Below are positions 9,538 to 18,907 of a stretch of 32,000 bases of DNA, in pieces. The stretch spans positions 14,357-46,356 of the forward strand of contig APJZ01000007.1 in assembly GCA_000387965.1 (NCBI GenBank), read 5' to 3'. This stretch comes from Candidatus Nanobsidianus stetteri. GTDB lineage: Archaea; Nanobdellota; Nanobdellia; Nanobdellales; Nanobdellaceae. A model generated the notes under the pieces. That model saw only the letters and a program-made list of their open reading frames with translations. It did not search any database and was not told the origin of the DNA. Position 1 is the stretch's first letter. Each line of letters opens with the position of its first letter. Both the position numbers and the translations under genes were made by a program.

Positions 9538-11339
9538 TAAAACTTATAATCCAACTTAAGTTTAGGCCAAATTCCGAGAGAAATTAATTCATTTAATAAT
9601 AAATTGAATGCATAAGAAACTTTAACTTTTGATATTTTTTCAGTTTCACCACAAATAGGACAATAAACTCTATTTCTTATATTATCTTCAACAGCAAGAG
9701 AACCACATTTTTCACAAACATAAATAGTTGTATCATCAGAAGAATACATTTCTCTTAATAATATAGAAGCACCATGGGCAGCAAGGACCTCATGTTCCAT
9801 TTCACTAAATTTCAAACCACCTTTCTTTGATTTACCCTCTGTTGGTTGCCTTGTTAATAATGTAACTGGACCTGTCGCTCTTGCCTGTAATTTATTCTTT
9901 GCCATATGCTTTAATCTTAAATAATAAATGCTTCCAATAAATATTTTAACCTTAAATTCATCCCCAGTTAGAGGATTATATAATGTTTCTGTTCCATCTT
10001 CTCTAAATCCTAAAGATAACAATTCTTTCCTTAATTCTTCCTCACTTTCTCCATACCATGGTGTTCCGTCAACATATCTTCCATTTAAACTTCCAACCTT
10101 TCCAGCAAGCAATTCTAATAATAAACCAACAGTTTCTCTTGAAGGAATTCCAGCAGGAGAGAATATTATATCAGGAACAAGACCTGAAGATGACCATGGC
10201 ATATCTGATGGATCAACAATCATCCCCAAAACACCTTTCTGTCCATGTCTTACAGAAAATTTATCTCCAAGTTCTGGGATTCTTAAGTCTCTTAATTTTA
10301 TCCTAACAAGTAAATTTCCATCATTAGATTCTGTTATTACAACCCTATCTACCCATCCTTCCTCCCCACTACCAGTAGTTAATGAAGAATCTTTCTTTCT
10401 TAAACCGGTTGCAATAGATTCAGAAGTTAAACCAATAAATCTGGGAGGTGATATCCTACCAACAAGGACTTCTTCTGGGTTTACAAATGATTCGACAGCA
10501 ACAATTCCGTCCTCTTCCAAATTTTTATATTTATCTTTTCCTCTATATAATTCCACGGAAGGATCTGGAATTGTAATTTCATCTTGTAATCCTCCAGAAT
10601 ATCTTAATCTTTCTATTTCATAAGATCTAAAATATACAGATCTAAATAAACCCCTATCTATTGAACCTTTATTCATGATAATTGCATCTTCAATATTATA
10701 TCCTTCCTGTGTCATTACAGCAACAATTACATTTTGTCCTATTGCATAATCATCCTTAAATATATTAAAAGAAAATGTCCTGGTAATCGGGTATTGTGGA
10801 TAATATAAGATTGATATATCAGTATCAAATCTATTATGGAAATTTAAAGAATATATAGCATGAGCCTGTCTCTGTGGTCTAACACCTCTATTTAATCTTG
10901 CAGATTGATTTCTATTTGAAAATGGAACCAAAGATGTAGCTATACTAAATATTACTAAAGAAGATAACTCTAAGTGAGTTGTATCTTCCTTTATATCTTC
11001 AGGATATAATGCAACATTTAAATTTTCTTCTTCTGCAGGATCAACCCATTCAATTATACCTTCCTTTTCTAAATCTGACCATTTTATTTCTCCTCTCTTT
11101 AATTTTTCAATATGCTCTTTTGTTAATAATGGTTTTCCATCTTTTACAACAATTAAAGGTCTTAAAATCCTTCCCTTTCTAGTTAATATTTCTACAACAT
11201 TTCTTGTTTCATCAAAATATATGTTTACAAAATATGGAATAATACCCTTTCTTCTTTTTTCCTTAAATTCTTCAATAAATTTATTAGCATCATCTACATA
11301 CCCAACAAAAATATTATCTATATAAACCTCATATGCCAT
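9537..11339 (-). CDS. rpoB1: DNA-directed RNA polymerase subunit B' (C-terminal half of split RpoB)
   Basis: 600 aa. GDKFSVRHGQKGV, LRLKHMAKNKLQARATGP, GGLKFSEMEHEVLAAHGAS, C-terminal Zn motif CEKCG...CPICG. Confidence 0.97.
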   Translation of the reverse strand: MAYEVYIDNIFVGYVDDANKFIEEFKEKRRKGIIPYFVNIYFDETRNVVEILTRKGRILRPLIVVKDGKPLLTKEHIEKLKRGEIKWSDLEKEGIIEWVDPAEEENLNVALYPEDIKEDTTHLELSSLVIFSIATSLVPFSNRNQSARLNRGVRPQRQAHAIYSLNFHNRFDTDISILYYPQYPITRTFSFNIFKDDYAIGQNVIVAVMTQEGYNIEDAIIMNKGSIDRGLFRSVYFRSYEIERLRYSGGLQDEITIPDPSVELYRGKDKYKNLEEDGIVAVESFVNPEEVLVGRISPPRFIGLTSESIATGLRKKDSSLTTGSGEEGWVDRVVITESNDGNLLVRIKLRDLRIPELGDKFSVRHGQKGVLGMIVDPSDMPWSSSGLVPDIIFSPAGIPSRETVGLLLELLAGKVGSLNGRYVDGTPWYGESEEELRKELLSLGFREDGTETLYNPLTGDEFKVKIFIGSIYYLRLKHMAKNKLQARATGPVTLLTRQPTEGKSKKGGLKFSEMEHEVLAAHGASILLREMYSSDDTTIYVCEKCGSLAVEDNIRNRVYCPICGETEKISKVKVSYAFNLLLNELISLGIWPKLKLDYKF

Positions 11340-11341
11340 TT

Positions 11342-12814
11342 TTATTTTTTATCTGAAATATTTTTAATTATTGGCCTTAATCCTATATCCTCTAACTTTC
11401 TAATCAATTCATTTTTATCAACCTCTTCAAAACTTATCTTTGCCAATATTGTTTTATTTTTTCTTAATCCAGTTTCATGACCTTCTGGTGTTTCTATTAA
11501 ATCCAATCTACCCCAATGAGTACCATGAGCCATTCTTGCTTCTAATAATTCAGCTTCACCAGATATTGAAGAAACAACCCTTGTTAAATGAGATAAAACA
11601 GAAATTTTATTTGTTCTATCTAAAGCCTGAGAAATTCCTGTTCTATTCCTTGTCCATTTTCCAATGGCCATTACATTTTCAAATCTTTCAGTAAATATTT
11701 TTGATCTAAATATAGATGTATATGAAGGTATTTTTCCTCTTTTTACCAACCTTTCATATTGATACATTGCATCTGTCATCAATGTTCTTAAAGCAACTAA
11801 GAAATATTCTCTAATTAATTCTCCAGGTGTTCTAACTATTTTATTTGCAAAGTGATCTTTTATGTCTTCATCAATTTTTCCATGAGCCAACAATAATAAT
11901 TTTCTTGCCATCTTTAATAAATTATATGCTTTTAATAATCTATCATTTGGAGATGTTCCAATATTCGTTAATAATAAATTATCCAATATTGATAATAATT
12001 TTTCTCTTTTAACTTCTGGAGATCCTGTTAATTTTAATTTATCAGCTAAATATCTTATTGCATCTTCAGATGTTTTTATATTTTGAAATTCTAATAAATT
12101 AATATATACTTCTTCAAAATCTTCTCCTTCAGAAATTAACTGATTTATTTCAACATCCTTTTCTAAACCTAAAGCCCTTACTAAAGGTATTAACGGAATC
12201 TTTTTATATTTCTCAAATGTTAAATATAATAAACCATCTTTTGTCATCTCCATTCTATGAGCTTTTAATTGAGTTAAAGATTCAGATAATAAATATCCAC
12301 TATATTTTATAGAACCTGATTCTCTTTGAACATAAAATTTATTTGTACCAAGTTCTTCAGATAATATAATTAATTTTTCATTTCCATTAATAATAAAATA
12401 TCCACCTTTATCTGTCGGATCTTCTCCAATTCTTATTAATTCTTCTTCAGATAAACCATAAGTATTACAATATTTTGATCTAACCATTATTGGCAATCTA
12501 CCAATAGCTACTTGATATTTACTTTTAAATGTTTCATTTTCATATACAGAAAATTCCATAAATACTGTTCCGGAATATGTAAGTTTTCTAATCCTAGCCT
12601 CCATCGGATATATTAATCTAGAAACACCCTCCTTCTCCATAAAGTCTGCCTTCTCCAACCACAATTTCTCTATTTTAAATTGCAAATCCCTTAATCCTGG
12701 AGCTAATAATCTTGGAGAGAATGTTCCCAACTCTCTTCCTATCTTCGTCATTTCTACATCAACAAAATATTCAAAAGATCTTAGTTGTACTCCTAACAGA
12801 TCATTTTCCTCCAA
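11342..12814 (-). CDS. rpoB2: DNA-directed RNA polymerase subunit B'' (N-terminal half of split RpoB)
   Basis: 490 aa with a TTG start in the ORF track. Blocks GRLPIMVRSKYC, GGYFIINGNEKLIILSE, SHLTRV, HGTHWGRLDLIETPEG. Ends 2 nt before rpoB1. Confidence 0.95.
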   Translation of the reverse strand: MEENDLLGVQLRSFEYFVDVEMTKIGRELGTFSPRLLAPGLRDLQFKIEKLWLEKADFMEKEGVSRLIYPMEARIRKLTYSGTVFMEFSVYENETFKSKYQVAIGRLPIMVRSKYCNTYGLSEEELIRIGEDPTDKGGYFIINGNEKLIILSEELGTNKFYVQRESGSIKYSGYLLSESLTQLKAHRMEMTKDGLLYLTFEKYKKIPLIPLVRALGLEKDVEINQLISEGEDFEEVYINLLEFQNIKTSEDAIRYLADKLKLTGSPEVKREKLLSILDNLLLTNIGTSPNDRLLKAYNLLKMARKLLLLAHGKIDEDIKDHFANKIVRTPGELIREYFLVALRTLMTDAMYQYERLVKRGKIPSYTSIFRSKIFTERFENVMAIGKWTRNRTGISQALDRTNKISVLSHLTRVVSSISGEAELLEARMAHGTHWGRLDLIETPEGHETGLRKNKTILAKISFEEVDKNELIRKLEDIGLRPIIKNISDKK

Positions 12815-12892
12815 ATATTTATAGAATAAGATATAATTTATCTGTATTATTATTAGCCACTTTTTATTTATATATATGATATCTTTATAAGC

Positions 12893-13207
12893 TTAATCTT
12901 CTACAACAACTCTATAATATATTTCTTCTCCAGTCCATGGATTATTTCTTATAATCTTAACAATATCTCCAGGCTTAGCATTTAAATTCTTTAATGCTGG
13001 ATCTGAAATTTTGATCTTTGGTAAATCTGATAAGGATACTTTATATTTTTCTAATAATTCTTTCTTTTCCTCTTCAGATAATATTATATGTTTTGGTACT
13101 AAATAATGTTTTGTTATATCAATTTCCGATAATTCCCTTGAACTTTCTTTATGTTTATTAGCCTTAGAATCTTTTTTAGACTTAAACTTTTTAGTAGATT
13201 TAACCAT
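12893..13207 (-). CDS. rpoH: DNA-directed RNA polymerase subunit H (Rpb5-like) with a basic N-terminal extension
   Basis: 104 aa. The C-terminal 70 aa ([69 protein letters not shown]) is a classic RpoH. It is the first gene of the RNAP cluster. Confidence 0.9.
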   Translation of the reverse strand: MVKSTKKFKSKKDSKANKHKESSRELSEIDITKHYLVPKHIILSEEEKKELLEKYKVSLSDLPKIKISDPALKNLNAKPGDIVKIIRNNPWTGEEIYYRVVVED

Positions 13208-13257
13208 TTATTTAATTTTTATAAAAAACTTATAACTTTACCTCTTAGATATTAGGA

Positions 13258-14109
13258 ATGGGCGGAATAGCCATATTCACAAAAACCAATTTACAAGATT
13301 ATAGAATAATAAAATTAAAAGAGGAAATAAAAAATTATAATAACATTAGCATCATTGATATAGAAAAAGAAAATATATTTCCATATAGTGAAAAAATATT
13401 AAACTATGAATTATATTACTTTTTTGTTGGATCAAATTTTTTATCGGATATACATTTTTTGGCAAAATATCTCGAACAAAATGGAAAAGAAGTAATAAAT
13501 AAAATACATGTTAAAGAATCTATAATATCAAAAACTTTATTTTATAGTATCTTAAATAAATATATAAAAATTCCAGAATTTGTGAAAATATATTCGATAG
13601 ATAATATAGAATATGTAATAAATAAGATTGGATTTCCAATGATAATAAAGCATCAATTTATTCATAGAGGAGAATTTGTACATAAAATAGATAATGAAAA
13701 AGAGTTATATGATTTTTTAGAAAAATATTTATTAGAAAAGAAAATAAACATAAAAAATTTAATATTTCAAAAATATATACCTTATGAGAAAGATATAAGA
13801 GTAATTTTCGTAGGAAAACCAATTGGTGCAATGGAAAGAATTAATAAAAATAGTTTTAAAGCAAATATTAGTCAGGGAGGATATGGGAAAGAATATAAAT
13901 TGGATGAAGAAATAATAGATATTGGATATAAAATTATGGAAAAATGTGAATTACAAATATTTGCATTCGATCTATTATTAAAAGATAATCAATATTATTT
14001 GATAGATTTACATCATATATTCCAATATGAGGGATTTGATAAATATTTAAATAAAAATATTACAAAAGAAATATTAAAATACTTAAATGAAATTAGTAAT
14101 AAAAGCTAA
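13258..14109 (+). CDS. ATP-grasp family ligase (RimK-like)
   Basis: 283 aa. Pattern GFPMIIKHQF..G.FVHKIDNEKEL, LIFQKYIPYEKDIRVIFVG, KANISQGGYGKEY and FAFDLL...YYLIDLH matches the RimK/LysX-type ATP-grasp core. Substrate unknown. Confidence 0.7.
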   Translation: MGGIAIFTKTNLQDYRIIKLKEEIKNYNNISIIDIEKENIFPYSEKILNYELYYFFVGSNFLSDIHFLAKYLEQNGKEVINKIHVKESIISKTLFYSILNKYIKIPEFVKIYSIDNIEYVINKIGFPMIIKHQFIHRGEFVHKIDNEKELYDFLEKYLLEKKINIKNLIFQKYIPYEKDIRVIFVGKPIGAMERINKNSFKANISQGGYGKEYKLDEEIIDIGYKIMEKCELQIFAFDLLLKDNQYYLIDLHHIFQYEGFDKYLNKNITKEILKYLNEISNKS

Positions 14110-14494
14110 AGGAAATAAATTAATAAAGGCAACACATAAAAGTACTTTAGAACTTACTAAGGATAATTATCTAACTGAAAGGGGTGATTGTATAATTGGT
14201 ATAAGTGCAAATTATTCTGTAAAAGACTTACCAGAAGATCTTAAAGATCATTTATTAAATGAAGGAAAGATAAAGATTGTAATTAAAGTTGATGATTTAA
14301 TAGATGATATAATTGCATATGGTTCGAGAAAATTATTGTTAACAAATGATAGAAGTATTGTTATAAGAAAAAGCAATTATATTGATGATAGAACTTTAGC
14401 AATAAATTCAAATAAGAGTGCTATTGATATTGATAGAGAATTGATAGAAAGATTAAAAAATGAAAGGGAAATGGAATTTATTATATACTACTAA
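14087..14494 (+). CDS. DUF371-like protein
   Basis: 135 aa. KATHKSTLELTKDNYLTERGDCIIGISA resembles the conserved DUF371 N-terminal block as I recall it. Overlaps the ATP-grasp gene by 23 nt. Confidence 0.55.
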   Translation: MKLVIKAKGNKLIKATHKSTLELTKDNYLTERGDCIIGISANYSVKDLPEDLKDHLLNEGKIKIVIKVDDLIDDIIAYGSRKLLLTNDRSIVIRKSNYIDDRTLAINSNKSAIDIDRELIERLKNEREMEFIIYY

Positions 14495-14499
14495 AAATA

Positions 14500-14507
14500 T
14501 TTATAAA
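14500..14507 (+). promoter_or_regulatory. TATA-box-like element upstream of the surface-protein operon
   Basis: TTTATAAA is centred about 27 nt upstream of the ATG at 14531, the spacing expected for a leaderless archaeal transcript. AT-rich background makes chance matches likely. Confidence 0.3.
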
Positions 14508-14530
14508 GAATAAAATGTTTATCCTTAATT

Positions 14531-15292
14531 ATGAAAAGGAGAGGTATAGATATGGCTGTCCAATTAATATTTGTAATAATAATAATGCTAGTAGTAGCAG
14601 TTATTGTAATTAAGTTATTCCAGCAACAATCGTCAAAGATTAGTCAAATATCAAATACACAAATACAACAGGCAGTTTCTGATTGTTCAAGCTATTGTTC
14701 AAGCCCATATACATTTTGTACAAAGTATGAAAATATAGGAAATGGGCTTGTAGAAGTAAGTCCTGGATATTATGTTTGTTCAAATGCTGTTCCATGTAGT
14801 GTAGCATTACAATTATATGGAGGCTCTTCTAGTCAATGCCAATATGAAGGATTTACTATAACACCCCTTGATTGTATGTATCTAGAATGTCAAAATTATA
14901 TTGATAATTTATATTATGATCCATTAGCAGCAACAAGTTATGTATTTGGAAATTATTCTTCTACTACATATTTTAATGCAACAACTGGACAAGAAAATAT
15001 ACAAATTTCTTCTCCATCTCAAATATTAAATCCAGGTCCAGTACAATGTTCTGCACAATTACCAACATGGATTACAAATCAAGTATTTGGTGCATTATTA
15101 AAGATTATTAACTATTATGATACTGCAGATAATTGTAATTTGAATTTAACAGTTATTAATGGAGCATTAATGGTAACTGGAAATTGTACAACATTGGGTA
15201 TAAATAATAATGTCAATGGAATGCCATTATGTCAATTCTTATTGCAAGTACCATATTCCCAGTTAAATAATATACCAAGTACAACAAGCTAA
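14531..15292 (+). CDS. Secreted Cys-rich protein with class III (type IV pilin-like) signal peptide
   Basis: 253 aa. The N-terminus MKRRG/IDMAVQLIFVIIIMLVVAVIVI has a basic leader ending in Gly followed by a hydrophobic helix. There are 12 Cys and several N-x-S/T sequons. An alternative start at ATG 14552 is preceded by GGAGAGGT (14538-14545). Confidence 0.6.
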   Translation: MKRRGIDMAVQLIFVIIIMLVVAVIVIKLFQQQSSKISQISNTQIQQAVSDCSSYCSSPYTFCTKYENIGNGLVEVSPGYYVCSNAVPCSVALQLYGGSSSQCQYEGFTITPLDCMYLECQNYIDNLYYDPLAATSYVFGNYSSTTYFNATTGQENIQISSPSQILNPGPVQCSAQLPTWITNQVFGALLKIINYYDTADNCNLNLTVINGALMVTGNCTTLGINNNVNGMPLCQFLLQVPYSQLNNIPSTTS

Positions 15293-15296
15293 TGTA

Positions 15297-17267
15297 ATGA
15301 GTTTTTTTGAATATTTTTATAATAACTTCAATTTAATAAAATTAAAAGCTCCTAGTCCAATATATAAAAAATATGCATTTCATTTATGGTTAAATAGATT
15401 AAATACAAATCCGGATAATATATTTTCTTCTGTAATAACTCTTATAGTATTTTCTATAATCATATATTTCATTTTAAGTTTAGTAAGCTTTCAATTAGCT
15501 TTTTCTTTATTAATATCATTATTAATATTATCATTTTACTTTGCATATTATCCAATATTTTATACACAAGTTGTTAGAATACAAGTAACATCAGAAATTG
15601 TATGGATAATATTATATTTGTCATTATATCTAAAAAGGAATCCAAATTTAGAAAATGGAATAAAATATGTAGCATATTATATGAAAGGTTATATTGCAAC
15701 AGACTTTAGATCATTATTATATAATTTGGAAACAAATAAATTTAATGATATTGAATCTGCATTGGAATATTATCAGAGAAGATGGTTTTATTTGAGTCCG
15801 GATTTCGTATATGCAATGACCCATATTGTAAATATTAAATATAAGAATTCTATTGATGATATAAATAAATTATTAGATAGAATTTTGGAATGGGTATTGA
15901 AAAAGTCTTTAGAAAAATCTCAAATATATGTAGATGCATTAAAGGAACCAGCAACAGTTATAGTATCTTTCCTAGTAATGATGCCAATAGTTAGTTTGAT
16001 GATGTTACCAATAATATCTGTATTTTTATTAAATACTGTAAGTTTCTATTTCATAGCATTTTCATATATAATAATTTTACCAGTTATTACATTTTTAATA
16101 ATTCAAAATTTCTTATCAAAAAATCCATTTGCATTTTCTGTTCCAGATTTATCTTTAGCAAGAGATCTACCAAAACCTGGAAAATTTAAAATCGGAAATA
16201 AAGAAGTTCCAGCAATAATAATTTCAATAATATTAGGATCAATTGCAGTTTTAGGAATATATCATTTAATTTCCCTAGCTATAAAAATTACATTTATTCC
16301 ACAGGGATTTTTAAATGATTATTTAAATATAGTTTATCAAGATAGAGCATTAATATATTCTGTTTTAACTTTAACATTACCTTTAGGATTGGGTTTGGGT
16401 ATAGGATCTTATTATTATCTAACATCTTTCCAAAAGGTTAAAAAAATATATCAAATTGAAGAAATAGAAAATGAGTTCCCTATTGTTGTATATGAATTCG
16501 CATCATTATTAGAAGATGGCTATCCATTTGAGATAGTAATTGAAAAAACATATTACAATTATAAAATAATAAAATCTTCAGGGGTTATGGAAAATTTTCT
16601 AAAAACAACATTATATAATTTAAGAAGAGGTTATGATTTAATTACTTCTGTATTCGATCCAAAAATTGGTTCATTAAACTTATATCCATCAAAATTAGTA
16701 AGAGAATCAATGCAATTGTTAGTTACTTCTGCATCAAAAGGTCCTGAAGTTTTATCAAAAATTGCATATAATGTATCAACAAATTTAGAAAATGTGGATA
16801 ATATAAGATATAATGTAAGGAAAATATTAAATGAAATAATTGGATTAATAGATATGACATCAAGAAATCTAGTACCATTAATTTCTGCAATGGTTACGGT
16901 TTTTAATAATGGAGTAGTTTCAATGCTTTTTGCACTTGCATATTTCTTTCAATTAATAGACCAATCTTTTGGTTTAGGTGGGGGATCAAACTTATTCAAT
17001 TTCGTTGTAAATACATTTAATTTATATAATTTAATACCACCAACATTTTTTGAAGCAATAATCGGTATATTCTTTATAGAATATGTAATAATAACCTCAT
17101 ATATGAGTGCTGGAATAAAATATGGATTTGATAGAACAATGACATCATATTATATAGGTAGAAATTTATTATTCGGAACAATATTTTATGTAACATTTTC
17201 AATAATAGGAATATTAATAGTATATACAGTATTTGGCCCATATTTACCAACAAATATACAATTATGA
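15297..17267 (+). CDS. Polytopic membrane protein, candidate FlaJ/TadC/PilC-like (T2SS-F type) assembly platform
   Basis: 656 aa. Two soluble helical segments are each followed by TM bundles, the duplicated T2SS-F layout: about aa 95-215 (EIVWIILYLSLYLKRNPNLENGIKYVAYYM...DIESALEYYQRRW) and about aa 395-510 (EFPIVVYEFASLLEDGYPFEIVIEKTY...LRRGYDLITSVF...SKLVRESMQLLV). Judged by eye, not by profile search. Confidence 0.45.
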   Translation: MSFFEYFYNNFNLIKLKAPSPIYKKYAFHLWLNRLNTNPDNIFSSVITLIVFSIIIYFILSLVSFQLAFSLLISLLILSFYFAYYPIFYTQVVRIQVTSEIVWIILYLSLYLKRNPNLENGIKYVAYYMKGYIATDFRSLLYNLETNKFNDIESALEYYQRRWFYLSPDFVYAMTHIVNIKYKNSIDDINKLLDRILEWVLKKSLEKSQIYVDALKEPATVIVSFLVMMPIVSLMMLPIISVFLLNTVSFYFIAFSYIIILPVITFLIIQNFLSKNPFAFSVPDLSLARDLPKPGKFKIGNKEVPAIIISIILGSIAVLGIYHLISLAIKITFIPQGFLNDYLNIVYQDRALIYSVLTLTLPLGLGLGIGSYYYLTSFQKVKKIYQIEEIENEFPIVVYEFASLLEDGYPFEIVIEKTYYNYKIIKSSGVMENFLKTTLYNLRRGYDLITSVFDPKIGSLNLYPSKLVRESMQLLVTSASKGPEVLSKIAYNVSTNLENVDNIRYNVRKILNEIIGLIDMTSRNLVPLISAMVTVFNNGVVSMLFALAYFFQLIDQSFGLGGGSNLFNFVVNTFNLYNLIPPTFFEAIIGIFFIEYVIITSYMSAGIKYGFDRTMTSYYIGRNLLFGTIFYVTFSIIGILIVYTVFGPYLPTNIQL

Positions 17268-17548
17268 AATTACAACAATCAGTATATTGGATTATAATAA
17301 CTTTTATATTAATTATAGCTGCTGGTCTATTTTCTTTTTATTATATTTATAATGTAAAAAATAATTTAAGTGGAAATAATATACAAACAATTAATTGCCA
17401 ACAGTTGGAAAATTTATATAATAAAAGTTTTCAGGAAATAATTAATATTAAAGTATTTCTTAATGAAAATTGTACAATAAATGGAATAACAATACCTGCT
17501 GGCTATAGAATTATATATATTTATAACGGAAGTATTAATTATATATGA
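17264..17548 (+). CDS. Small pilin-like secreted protein
   Basis: 94 aa. N-terminus MKLQQSVYWIIITFILIIAAGLFSF. ATGA start/stop overlaps with both neighbours. Confidence 0.5.
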   Translation: MKLQQSVYWIIITFILIIAAGLFSFYYIYNVKNNLSGNNIQTINCQQLENLYNKSFQEIINIKVFLNENCTINGITIPAGYRIIYIYNGSINYI

Positions 17549-18024
17549 AAAATGATATAGCAATAGATACTGTATTTATTATCATAATAGCAATAATATC
17601 TGTTGCAGTTATATTAGATATTATTTACACAAAATTCTTTTACAATTCTCAAGCATATTATTGTCAATCATTAATATCACAAGGTGGTTTTTCTCCATCA
17701 TGTGAAAAATATTATCCTTCAGCAATAAATATTATATATACGAATGAAAGTAAGGATACAATTTATTCAGATATAACAGGATTGATATTAAATTGCTACA
17801 ATAATAATGTAAATACAAATAAATTATTTAACATATGTTATGATATTTATATAGATGAAAATATTACTCTACATTCATCAACATTAATTCAATACATACA
17901 AACTTATACTTCATTTAATCCAAATAATGTTATATTTCATTTAAATAATAGTGATGGAAATATTTATCCATACAATAGTATATTTATAATATACAACAAT
18001 AGTTATATTGTAATATGGCAATAA
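17545..18024 (+). CDS. Small pilin-like secreted protein
   Basis: 159 aa. N-terminus MKNDIAIDTVFIIIIAIISVAVILDIIY. Contains Cys residues and sequons. Translationally coupled. Confidence 0.5.
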   Translation: MKNDIAIDTVFIIIIAIISVAVILDIIYTKFFYNSQAYYCQSLISQGGFSPSCEKYYPSAINIIYTNESKDTIYSDITGLILNCYNNNVNTNKLFNICYDIYIDENITLHSSTLIQYIQTYTSFNPNNVIFHLNNSDGNIYPYNSIFIIYNNSYIVIWQ

Positions 18025-18428
18025 AGTCTCAAGAACTTCCAATTAATTATACCTTCTTAATAATTATAGGAATAATTGTTGTATCAGTAATTACTGGAAT
18101 AATATTTTTATTAAAAGGAAATATAACTTCTTATATTAGTAATACAATACCTAAATATAATAATACGCAAACTGTAGTAGAAACAAATGTAAGTTCAGTA
18201 CAAGATGTTGCAATGGATGTTGTAGCATGTTATTATAAAAAAGCGCAGGGTCTTTGTTATTTAATTAATTATCAAGGATCTCCATTTACATGTCAAGATT
18301 TAATAAACAATGTAAGTAGTATAGATCCAAACGTAGTAATGCAAAATTGCAATTATAATATAAATCCTGGAGAATATATATTAGTATATTCGGCAGGAAA
18401 TTATGTTTATATTAATGTTCAAGGATAA
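18015..18428 (+). CDS. Small pilin-like secreted protein
   Basis: 137 aa. N-terminus MAIKSQELPINYTFLIIIGIIVVSVITGIIFLL. Overlaps the upstream gene by 10 nt. Confidence 0.5.
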   Translation: MAIKSQELPINYTFLIIIGIIVVSVITGIIFLLKGNITSYISNTIPKYNNTQTVVETNVSSVQDVAMDVVACYYKKAQGLCYLINYQGSPFTCQDLINNVSSIDPNVVMQNCNYNINPGEYILVYSAGNYVYINVQG

Positions 18429-18430
18429 AA

Positions 18431-18871
18431 ATGGAAAAGTGGTTTTGGATAATTGTAACAATTATTGCATTTGGTTTATCTTTATATTTATATTTTAAAT
18501 TTTCCAGTATAAATAATCAGACTCAATTATTATATCAGGATATATCTTCATGCCAAAATTTATATACAACCATTGAAAAAGTATGTTATTCAAACAATGG
18601 AACGGAATTGTATATTAATATTGAAATAAATAAGTATTTAAATTATATATATGCTAATAATAATTTATTAAGTTGCTATATATATAATGAATATTATAAT
18701 TATACAATACCATGTAATGTAATAATAAATACAGCAAATAATATGATTCAATATTATACTTCCGGACTATTTTATGAATTATCATATGGATATCCAAATG
18801 AAAAAATTCCATTACTTGTTGAAAAAACTTCTCCAACAGAAGTAACAATTTATATAGAAAATCCAAGTTAA
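18431..18871 (+). CDS. Small N-terminally anchored secreted protein
   Basis: 146 aa. N-terminus MEKWFWIIVTIIAFGLSLYLYF. Starts 2 nt after the previous stop. Confidence 0.45.
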   Translation: MEKWFWIIVTIIAFGLSLYLYFKFSSINNQTQLLYQDISSCQNLYTTIEKVCYSNNGTELYINIEINKYLNYIYANNNLLSCYIYNEYYNYTIPCNVIINTANNMIQYYTSGLFYELSYGYPNEKIPLLVEKTSPTEVTIYIENPS

Positions 18872-18907
18872 AACATTTTTAAAATTTTTAAATATTATTA
18901 GATCATA

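Noticed and set aside
9928-10623. 231-aa ORF on the plus strand, with the nested 10058..10306 ORF
   Set aside because: It lies entirely antisense to the strongly conserved rpoB1 coding sequence. The translation is Ser/Pro/Asn-rich low complexity with no start context, so it is a shadow ORF.
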